From positions 58,342,001-58,406,000 of the forward strand of contig NC_043004.1 in assembly GCF_006345805.1 (NCBI RefSeq): a DNA stretch of 64,000 bases, written 5' to 3'. Below, one piece after another: positions 53,338 through 64,000 of the stretch (positions are counted from its first letter, which is position 1; each line of letters opens with the position of its first letter). The notes beneath the pieces are model-generated. The model was not told the DNA's origin and searched no databases. It saw only the letters and a list, made by a program, of their open reading frames with translations. The stretch comes from Octopus sinensis. Lineage: Eukaryota. Made by a program: the position numbers and the translations under genes.

Positions 53338-53731
53338 CTAGCAGTATCGCCCGGCGTTGCTCGGTTTGTAAGGGAAATAACTATATAAGCATTTTTAGAG
53401 ATGTAAAGTATAATAGCCATCTCAATATGGCTAACCACAAAGAGGGGTGTTACTGTAGCTTTTTACGTTCTGAGATTTAACAATAAATTTTTAGAGAGTT
53501 ACTTCCATTATATATGCCAAAAATGCATTAAAAATGGGAAAAATTGATGGTAAATTTATTTTTAAATTGTAGACTCATCGTAGACATGCACTAATACCCA
53601 GAAGGGCTCGATATGAATCACGACTATAAGATACCCGGTTTTGGTTAAACTGCACCGCAAAATGTGGGAGTAGTTCGGAATCTAAATCGTAGGAGACAGA
53701 CAGCACACAACCTCACTTTTATATATAAAGA
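53338..53731 (-). mobile_element. Non-autonomous Helitron, family F
   Basis: Closely similar to 32910-33303; termini intact. Confidence 0.85.
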
Positions 53732-54826
53732 TTTGGTGTTGTAGTGATTTAATATCATGAAATTGAAATTTTGTTTGATGGGAGTAACTCTAATTATTAC
53801 AGAACATAAGATAAATGGTTGTGATATAAAACACCTGTAGCAAGATAATGACACAGGTGTACCTCAAAGGTGACATAAAACTCAAAACAAGGAAGTAAAT
53901 AAAACCAAAGATAAAATGCAATTGTATTAGAAGCAAATTTCAATGGAGATAAATAGAGATAAGTTGACTAAATTCAAGAAAGTACCAAGAACTAAAAGTA
54001 TTGGTTTTAATGATGGATTTCTACATAGTTTCCATCAATCAAATTCATTCACTAGTTATTGGTTGACTTGAGACCATAGTAGAAGGCATTAGGCCCTGGT
54101 GTGGCAAAGTGGGACTGAACCTGAAACACAAGACTGAAAAATGAATTTCTTGTCTGTGATTATATCAAATTTGTTTATCTATTTAATTTTTTGTATGTCT
54201 TTTTTAATAAGTTCAACTTTGAGCAGGATTGAATGCAACATTTCTGTGAGAATCAATATTCTCTGATCAACTGAACATTGCCTGCATCGCTTGAAAGCAA
54301 CTTATCCAAAAATATAGTGAAATCATGTAAGAGTATTTATTTCAGGCCTTAATAAATATGGGTGAGACTGAGTGAATACCACTGCTGGTTTCTAATTAGT
54401 CCACGAAGATCAAGAAAATAATGATTTCTTAATTTGACATGTAGCATTAGCTGAACATAATTAAATGCTTTGCAAAGTGATACAAAACAATGTCTGCAAT
54501 TATTTTCTTGTTCTTGGCTTACGAGCAATAAATCCCACTATCTTACATCAATGTCAGTCACACTTTATATTGATATTATCACACATAATTAATAACAACT
54601 GTAAAGATAAAATGACAGCGTGTAAAGATTTTAAACTTCATTTTAAAAGTGCATTTTAAAGAGATTTTGTTTTTTCATGGGTTTCATTTGGAATAACTGC
54701 CAAAAACATTGACTATATTTAAATATAAATCTTATCACTATCATTAACATCACAGCAATTGCTGTTAACACTGTAATCTCCTCCAATATTACCATTATCC
54801 ATATTTACCCCATTCTATGTTAGTCT

Positions 54827-55138
54827 AGGCATGTGGCTTAGTGGTTAGGCTCATGAGTGTATGGTCATGAGTTCGATTCCCAGTGGCGTAGTATGTCCTT
54901 GAGTGAGACACTTTATTTCATGTGGCTCCAGTCAACTCATCTGGCAAAAATGAATTGTATTTATAATCCAAAGGGTCGGCCTTGTCACATTCTGTATCAA
55001 ACTGAATCTCCCTGAAAACTACATTAAGGGTATGCATGTCTGTTGAGTGCTCAACCACTAGCACATTAATTTCATGAGCAGGCTGTTCTGTTGATTGAAT
55101 CAACTGGAACTCTCATCTTCATAACCAATGGAGTGCCA
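54827..55138 (+). mobile_element. SINE with family C 3' tail but a different middle
   Basis: Tail from GGCCTTGTCAC to GGAGTGCC matches family C; middle TCCTTGAGTGAGACACTTTATTTC does not. Confidence 0.75.
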
Positions 55139-55528
55139 GGATTCTATAGTTTGGAAGCCTTTGAAAGCAAAGTTAACCTTTAATTTTTCTTTTTCTTGAT
55201 CCTTTTTGTTTTTAAGCCTAAATTTTTGGGTCAATTCTATTTTATTCAATCAAGGACAAAGTAATAGAAACTAGAACTTGAAATGTTACGGTTTTGTTAG
55301 TAGTAACTTTTGTGGTGGATGAGGCTAGAAATTTAACCAGAATTTAAATTTAAGGGTTATCTATTCAAAAATACAGAAAATTGAAAGGCAAAATTAGGGA
55401 TATACTTTTCTTTACTGTTACTCCATATCTTTAATTTGTTTCTCTTGTCATTCTTGAAATCTAGAATATTAAGATTCAGAGTTGGAATACCTTGACGAAA
55501 TTGCTGTTATAATTTTACTTTTTCACTT

Positions 55529-55978
55529 ACGAAGACCTGTTGAGGCAAGTGAAATCGAGATCGAAATCAAATTCGATGACTGGCATCCGTGTTAGTGGAG
55601 CACTAAGAGCACCATCTGAGCATGATCATTGCCAGAGCAGCTGACTGGCTTCAGTGCTGGTGGCACATAAAAAGCACCATTCGAGCGTGATCGTTCCCAG
55701 CATCACCTTACTGGCACTTGTGCCAGTAGCATGTGAAAAAACAGTCGAGCAAGGTCGTTGTTAGTACCGCTGGACTGGCTCATGTACAGGTGGCACATAA
55801 AAAACACCATTTCAGCATGGCCGTTGCCAGTACCACCTTACTAGCCCTCGTGCCAGTGGCACATAAAAGCACCCACTACATTCTCGGAGTGGTTGGCATT
55901 AGGAAGGACATCCAGCTGTAGAAACTCTGCCAGATCAGATTGGAAAGCAGACGTTAAACAATGATGATGATGATGATA
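55529..55978 (+). mobile_element. Family B, 4-5 diverged units, deletion in tail; shorter copies at 52605-52743(+), 62814-63067(-), 5135-5286(+); related subfamily at about 765-950, 25905-26120, 34805-34935, 39290-39410
   Basis: Shared GGTTGGCGTTAGGAAGGGCATCCAGCTGTAGAAA block and (GAT)n end. Confidence 0.75.
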
Positions 55979-56859
55979 TTGTCATTCCACTAATGATGGT
56001 GATGATGATGATGATGATGTTGGTAGACATTGTGTAGTAGATATCGTTGTTATTGTTGTCATTCTCATTCTTGCAAATATATATTGTTTTTGGTGGCTAA
56101 AGTCTATGGGTATCTGACTTGAAGAAGAATAGTAATTTGAATTCACAATATTTTATATAGCTATTGAAACAAAGGATTACAATTATATTATGTAAATCCT
56201 GTTTATTTTATTTTTCCTATGAGGGAATTTTATTTCTGTTCTGTAAACCAACCAATCATTAAATATCCAACTAGTTTGACAGTCTTTTTATTCTTTTATC
56301 ACCTTCAGTAACTGTTGTACATCAGGGCAGTATTTAGTCATTTGTTGAAAGATACAAGACAGCATAATTGATGGGATATAAAATTAAAACACACGAGAGC
56401 CATTACCATATGAAGCAGGTCCACTTAAAAATCAAGCATCATTACACTTACTCATTTCTTAGCCAGCTTGCCAGCCTATAACTTTTATCTGTAATTAACA
56501 TATCAATACAATTTGAAACAATGATATCACAGTTACTGATTAAAAGCTTCTTAACTTTTCTTCCACTTCATTCTCCTTTCTGTATCTCTCACTTTTTCCC
56601 TTCTTTTTCCTTTCTTTTTCTCTCTCCCTCAGAGTTGAATTGCCATCATCATTTAGGTATTGTCTATTCACAGCAGGTTGAATAACATGGCTTGTCATCT
56701 CACTCTTTCTTAAATGTCCTTATGCATTCATTGTATTTTAAATCAGTTCAATTTTTTATGTTATCCATTCCTTTAATTCTTGGTTTTCTCTCTTCTTCCA
56801 TTTCCCAGTCATCTGCCACCCCCACCCATCCCCCCTACCACCACCAACTTAATTAAGTG

Positions 56860-57480
56860 TCCAAAATATTTTAGGTTTCTCTTTTTGATGGTCTCTAATA
56901 AAATGTCTTAAATTTGCCATCTTATTATTGGATTTGTCTTCAGTCCATGATATTTTCAAGTCTTCTAAATGTCCACATCTCAAAAGCTTGTAAGATATTT
57001 TTATACTACTTTTGTTGATGTCTATGTTTCAGCTCCATTTACTAGAGTAGACTATACATAACTTTTTAATAATCTCTTCCTATGTTTGATATTAATGTTT
57101 CTTGATGTTACTATGTTTGACATTATTTCAAATGATTTTCCAGCCATCTCAATCCTGCTTTTTGATTTCTAGTTCATATTTTTTTCTATTTTCTAATTGC
57201 ATATATCTCAAGTATATTGCCTTTGATACCTGTTCAGTTGACTTTCCTGCAGTAGTGATGTTTACTTTTTGGCAACTCTTGTTTCTCGCCAACTATCAAT
57301 AACTTTGTTTACTTCACATTTCATATGGATATTTCTTTACCATTTGCTGTAGTTACATGACTTTGTAGGTGGTCTCCATTGAAAGTTAATAAGGATATAT
57401 TGTCTCCTTAACTAAGGCTGTTGATGTTCATACCTCATATTAATACTACTGTCATGATTTCAACTTCTCTGAAGGACCTC
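56860..57480 (-). pseudogene. RTE-like LINE RT C-terminal relic
   Basis: Remnants GMNINSL, EQVSKAIYL, EMAGKSFEIMSNIVTSRNINIKHRKRLLKSYV*STLVNGAET* and LQAFEMWTFRRL. Confidence 0.8.
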
Positions 57481-57849
57481 AGTTCCTAGTTTTGCGTAAT
57501 TCCTTTCCTAGTTCTAATTTCTGAAGTGTTTTTCCCTTCTGTTCTTACCACTGCTCTTTAATTTCAGAACATTCTTATTATTATTTTGAGGTCTATATTT
57601 CATGTTCCTGAGCTTCAGCTATAAAATACACATTATACTTGGCATTTTTACTTAGTCAAATATGTTGGTATACTCTATAAAGAATATGTAAACATTTGAT
57701 TCATGTCTAGAGGTCTTTCATTTGTGGTTCTTAAGTTAAACATTTCTCCAGAATTTCCCGTTTTTTGGTTTAAAACTACTTTACACAGACAACAGTTGTA
57801 CATTTATTGTTGATGTAATGATAACTGTTGTTTATGCATGAGTGCATAT

Positions 57850-58258
57850 AGGCGCAGGAGTGGCTATGTGGTAAGTAGCTTGCTTACCAACCACATGGTT
57901 CCGGGTTCAGTCCCACTGTGTGGCACCTTGGGCAAGTGCCTTCTACTATAGCCTCGGGCTGACCAAAGCCTTGTGAGTAGATTTGGTTGACGGAAACTGA
58001 AAGAAGCCCGTCACATATATGTATATATATATATATATGTGTGTTTGTGTGTCTGTGTTTGTCCCCCTAGCATTGCTTGACAACCGATGCTGGTGTGTTT
58101 ATGTCCCCGTCACTTAGCGGTTCGGCAAAAGTGACCGATAGAATAAGTACTGGGCTTACAAAGAATAAGTCCCGGGGTCGAGTTGCTCGGCTAAAGGCGG
58201 TGCTCCAGCATGGCCGCAGTCAAATGACTGAAACAAGTAAAAGAGTAAAAGAGTAAAA
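57850..58258 (+). mobile_element. SINE family A, full length
   Basis: Colinear with other copies. Confidence 0.9.
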
Positions 58259-58409
58259 ATTGCATCCACATACTAATTTACTGTAGACACAACTATGTCA
58301 TAGTTCAACAATTCTTATGGCACCAGCAGACAGAATGGAAAAGGCTTTGCTCTGGAGGATAGCAAGGGATTCTTTTCTTGGTGATTCATTATAATCATTT
58401 AATTACATA

Positions 58410-58835
58410 CTCTTTCTCTTTTATTCTTTTACTCTTTTACTTGTTTCAGTCATTTTTGACTGCGGCCATGCTGGAGCACCGCCTTTAATCAAGCAACTCG
58501 ACCCCGGGACTTATTCTTTGTAAGCCCAGTACTTATTCTATCAGTCTCTTTTGCCGAACCGCTAAGTAACAGGGACATAAACACACCAGCATCGGTTGTC
58601 AAGCAATGCTAGGGGGACAAACACAGACACACAAACAAACACACACACATATATATATATATACATATATACAATGGGCTTCTTTCAGTTTCCGTCTACC
58701 AAATCCACTCACAAGGCTTTGGTCGGCCCGAGGCTATAGTAGAAGACTCTTGCCCAAGGTGCCACGCAGTGGGACTGAACCCGGAACCATGTGGTTGGTA
58801 AACAAGCTACTTACCACACAGCCACTCCTGTGCCT
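58410..58835 (-). mobile_element. SINE family A, full length, inverted relative to 57850-58258
   Basis: Colinear with other copies. Confidence 0.9.
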
Positions 58836-59040
58836 ATATTCATTAAGTTTATGATCATAAGGTCTGTGCAGGCTTCAGATTTTAGTTTCTGTGATAATGG
58901 AACAAAGATATTTTGGGTTACCTTTAAGCATATTGGTAATATCTGAGAGGCAGTAGAACTGTCTGATTAACATTCATTTAACTGACCAAAATTATTTCAT
59001 GAAGGAAAAGTTTTTTGTCATTTTAAACTAAATGAAAATT

Positions 59041-59235
59041 CAGTTCTATATTTAAGAGATGAGGAATTATGTACATTATTTACATTATTTACATTTGACA
59101 GATATTTGTTCTCATCTTGTTTGTTGCTAACACAACATTTTGGTTGATATATCCTCCAGCCTTCATTAGGTGTCTTGAGGAAATTTCAAAACTGAGTTCT
59201 CATTCTTAAGGTAATTTTTGATGTTGTTGTTGTTG

Positions 59236-59286
<51 letters not shown>

Positions 59287-59606
59287 TCACTGCCTGGAAT
59301 CGAACTCGGAATTTAGGGATTAGTAGCCCGTGCTCTTAACCACTACGCCCTTGGGCATATGGTGTCATGGTTAAGAGAACAGGCTACTAACCCTAAGATT
59401 CTGAGCTTGATTCCAAGTAGTGACTTGAATAATAATAACAATAATAATAATAATGATAATAACAACAACAATGAAAAATACCTTAGGAATAAGAACCCAG
59501 GTTCGAAATTTGCCCAAGACACCTGATGAAGGCTTGAGGGTATATCAGCCAAAATGTGTTAACAACATACAAGATGAGGACAAATATCTGTCAAATGTAT
59601 ATAATG
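59041..59606. mobile_element. Family D complete head-to-head dimer: tRNA-like head, (TAA)n, hammerhead tail; 12-bp TSD
   Basis: Heads at 59283-59350 (-) and 59353-59428 (+) with A/B-box-like motifs (B box GAGTTCGATTCC on -); decayed hammerheads at about 59125-59175 (-) and 59518-59560 (+); TAAATGAAAATT at 59029-59040 and 59607-59618. Confidence 0.85.
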
Positions 59607-60567
59607 TAAATGAAAATTGATCAGTATTTCTATATATAACAATTACTCTTTTAGAATGTATGATATATTGTTGGTTCATTGGTCACTTATTTCTTTTGTA
59701 AGGGAAAGAGTAGTCCAGCCAGAGAATTTTTTTTTATGTTAAGCAATCCTGAGTTTGATGGAATGGAGTCATTTCAACTATAAAGTTATTATTATTCATA
59801 TACAGCTACCATTTCAATTTGATTGAATCTCATCAGCAACTATGGTTTTTATAATTATACTGTTTATTTGATTATGGAAAAAGAAAGTGAAAGGAAAAAA
59901 TATTTTAACAAACAGGAAGGTAGGAAAGACATATGAAAACAAATCGCTATGAGTTTTTTTTTTGTATTTTTTTTTTATAAGTTATTAGTTGCGTGGAGAG
60001 AGAGAGAGAAAGAGAGTATATGTGTGTGTGTTTTTCTTTTAAATTAGAGCTTTTAGCAGCTGTTAATGAGGTACCAATCAGGAATAATACAATAGAGTTG
60101 CTTTACAAAACTGCTAATCTGGAATTCAAATTATCTACTATTTTGTAAAAAAGTAGTTTAAGACCTGTAATTTAATTAAATCAAACTGGAAATATCAGAT
60201 CAGAAGTAAATTCACAGCTGTTTTATATATTATTCACAGATGTGGTATGTATTATCTGCAATCATGATATATATTATTCACACTTCTGATATATATTAAC
60301 AAAATTGTTTGATGTGAATAGTAAGAGTAAAAGATAGAATTAGAATTGAATTTTAAAAGACTCAAAATCTATAATATTGATTAGCAGTTTAGTAATCAAT
60401 AGAAAGTAATTTGTCTAGTGTATCAAAAGCACTGATCTCTGGTGGCCAGAGTACTCTGCAACAGCCTATCAATTCATAAATACTTTGATTATTAGCCAGT
60501 TCTCTCTTTCTCTCTCTCGCTCTCCCACACATTCTCTCTCTTACTTCTTCTCTAACTTACTCTCTCT

Positions 60568-60620
<53 letters not shown>

Positions 60621-61418
60621 TCTCTTCCTTTCTTACATAGGCATACTTGAAGGAAGCAAGTAAATTCTTGGTAAAGGAAATCAAAAGACAAACCAATTCA
60701 TACCATTTTTTAACTATAACATGCATAACATTTTTAACAAGGTAGACCTAGACATTTGAGTAAGCGAGCAACATAAGTTAGTGATGGCAGCTGATGTTTA
60801 TGATATAAAAATCAGTATTAATTTGCCGTGATACTAAATCTGAATCCATTATGCTGTTTTAATTTGTTTGATTTTAATTTTTTTTTTACATCAGAAAAAT
60901 GTTTCACAGACAATTACCACAAAATCTTTAGCACAGATTCTGAATTTCCTAAGGATTTAAATATTTAAATTGAGATTCTGCATAAAAATTGTATGGATAT
61001 AACAGATTTCATAATATAGAGAAAAATAGAACCTTTATTGTGACAACAGAGGACTAGAATTACATTTCATATAATTAATGTGGATCGTTATTTAAGTGTT
61101 TTCTTTGTAGTATCTTTTCTTCTATCTAATTATTAAACAATTCTCTCATCTCTCTTCTCCTCCCCTCATCTCTCTCTCTCTCGTACCTACACACACACTC
61201 ATATTGAAAGAAGGAACTAAATTCTTGATAAAGGATTAAACTTTTAGATATATCCAAAATCAGAAGATAAGCTATTTAGAAGGTATAATAACAACTCTGT
61301 AAGTGATGTAAAATAAAATGGTAAGTAATTGAAGCAAGTGTAACCAAGTTGATAGACATTTTACTCTAGTTTTGAATTACTTGTCTTTAGAACAAATATT
61401 TGATGTCTTTATAGTATA

Positions 61419-61822
61419 CTGGCAGTATTGCCCGGCGTTGCTCAGGTTTATAAGGGAAATAACTTTAACTGTGTCATTTTTAGAGTTATAGCCAAAAAAT
61501 AGCTAAAAAATGCATTAAAAATGGAAAAAAAATGATGGTTTATTTTTTTTTTTTAAATCGTTGACTCATCGTAGACATTTTTAGAGAGTTACATCCCTTA
61601 TATAATAGCGAAAAAATGCATTAAAATGGGAAAAAAGGATGTTAAATTTTTTTTTAATCGTAGACTCATCGTAGACGCACACTAATACCCAGAAGGGCTC
61701 AATATGAATCACGACTATGAGATACCCGGTTTTGGTTAAACTGCACCGCAAAATGTGGGATTAGTTAGGAATCTAAATCGTAGGAGACAGACAGCACACA
61801 ACCTCACTTTTATATATAAAGA
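61419..61822 (-). mobile_element. Helitron family F variant with internal tandem duplication of about 100 bp
   Basis: Same ends (CTAG mutated); block ending GACTCATCGTAGAC occurs twice (about 61480-61577 and 61578-61676). Confidence 0.8.
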
Positions 61823-63894
61823 TTAGAGAAGAAATGATAGTACCTATGATCCTTTTTATGGAATCCTAAACTGGTAGGAGGAAGAGAGATTTAGCTCAAA
61901 TGTTTTCTACAATGTGTGCTTTGCTAGCAGCTCCCAAGAATTGGGTTGACACCATTAAAGCAGGTGGCATTGTAAATCTACCATCCAACACAAGAAATAA
62001 TCCCTTCAATCGACTGTCACAAAGTTTCTGTGTACCACATTTCACTCACAAGGGTTTAGTTGGTCAGAAGTAGAAGTTCCTTATTCAAAGTGATGTGCAT
62101 TGAGATCAAACCAGAAAACATACAGTTGTAAAAAAGAACTTCTCAATTATACAGCTATGCCTGAACCCATAGGGACTAATACAAGGGTTAGATACATTGT
62201 AGTAGAGATGAGCATAATAAACTAACAGATACAAGTGACTTAACAGTTCAAAGTTCATTGCTAGAATTAGTTAATGCCTTAAATTATATCTAAATTCACC
62301 TCAGTCAACTTTCTTGCCATATAATTCAGTTAGATGCTTAATTCAGCCATCTCAATTTATGATTCATTAGTCATGTTTTTATCTTCCATCACTATTGCAG
62401 TGGCCTTTTCTCCTTCAACTTTCCAGTTTTATATCAACACACCTAAACCATCTCATTGAATTGTAATATTCAGTTTCACAGAGAAAATTGTGAAAGATTG
62501 GGAGAGAGAGAGACTATGTAATTTTATTGATAGGGTTGATAACAGACTTGGAGTCAGGAGTTAATTTGAGAAGCAATCTTTACATTAAAGTAATTATAAC
62601 ATTAATTTTTCACTTTATATATGTTTTTAATCCTCTCTCTATATGCTCTTGATTCTACTTTTTATTCTCAAGAGTTAGTTCTTGCTTAAGAGGCAGCATG
62701 GAATATTAATGCTGTTTTCTGGTGAAGAAAACAAGTACTTGACTTATTTGCTACAGAACTTCTGCTAACTATGGCAATTGTTCCAGTAGCTATTAGTTGC
62801 AGCTTTGGTGCTAATCATCATCATCATCATCGTTTAGTGTCCACTTTCCATGCTAGCATGGGTTGGACGGTTCAACTGGGGTCTGGGAAGCCAGAAGGCT
62901 GCACCAGGCCCAGTTTGATCTGGCAATGTTTCTACGGCTGGATGCCCTTCCTAACACCAACCACTCCATGAGTGTAGTGGGTGCTTTTTTCGTGCCATTG
63001 GCATGAGGCCAGTCGGGGGGGGGGGGGCTGGCAATGGCCACGAACAGATAGTGCTTTTTACATGCCAATCATATAGAGCATATAACCATCAGCTGCTTTT
63101 TAATTTCCTCATGAAACTATCCAATTGATGTAATCTTTATAATGTCACTTACTGGAGATATCTTCATTTTTTTCCCTTACTGTGAAGTTCTTAAGACACA
63201 TTTACTGTCTCATCGAGCATGTTAAAGGTTATTTAAGTAACTCAACACATCTGAAATCTACTCATAGTGCTTCAGTTTTGTTACTGTTGCTTATTTGCTC
63301 ATCAAATTTCATTTTTCTTACTTCTCATTTTACATTGATAAAAGGGAAACATTCATATTTCCTTCTTACAAAATTCAGATACATAACTTAAAAACATCAA
63401 TAATATTACATCAAGTTAATTAACAAAATAAAAAGCGTGCTTTTCTTTTAAATTCTTTCCAATATTAAATTAAAAAGTTAAAATCTGGTTATAAGAATAA
63501 TCAACTCGACTCTTTTTTCAGACATTTGGAAAGTGTCTAATTGTAGCAATTTGGATTATAAACTTCTATTATAATTTATAACATTACAAGGCTTTTGTGA
63601 GTAATAAAAGGAAAGGTCTTCTAGTCACATTGTTTGTAATATATTTATCAATATACACAAAGTTAACTGACTCCATGAAACTATCAAACATAAAATATTA
63701 TTTTGATGAATGAGTATTAAAATATAAGTTCCTTAAACATTAAATGGCTACCTATTCATTCATTCAGAGAGAGAGAGAGAAAGAGAGAGGGAGAGAGAGA
63801 GCATCTTGGTTTTACGTTTTTTTTCTTTTTCGTTTTTCATCTAAAATATATACCTTACTAGATAGAAAAAAGAATCAGGAGTATGAGAGTAGAG

Positions 63895-64000
63895 AACAAT
63901 GTCTGCAATTATTTTCTTGTTCTTGGCTTACGAGCAATAAATCCCACTATCTTACATCAATGTCAGTCACACTTTATATTGATATTATCACACATAATTA
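63895..64000 (+). repeat. Exact direct copy of 54486-54591, running to the window end
   Basis: 106/106 identical by eye. Confidence 0.9.

Overview
AT-rich, microsatellite-dense animal genomic DNA, most likely Octopus (inferred from SINE and microsatellite content and the channel sequence). The only recognisable host gene is a Kv2/Shab voltage-gated K+ channel: one large + strand exon (about 10717-11802) encodes a His/Gly-rich N-terminus and the full T1 domain, followed by an intron that runs past the window end. The rest is a mosaic of tRNA-headed SINEs, (GAT)n-tailed LINE 3' ends carrying a 61-bp minisatellite, RTE reverse-transcriptase relics, mariner and hAT derivatives, Helitrons and long simple repeats. 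The main result is five fold-back (head-to-head inverted) insertions from four apparently unrelated families. Each carries minimal type I hammerhead-ribozyme motifs of the Penelope-like kind, normally one per arm. A fifth, non-palindromic family has a variant core. One palindromic family has a tRNA-derived head and is flanked as a whole by target-site duplications at two loci. All alignments, pairings and coordinates were done by eye; decayed repeat boundaries are approximate, no database search was run, and family letters are my own labels.
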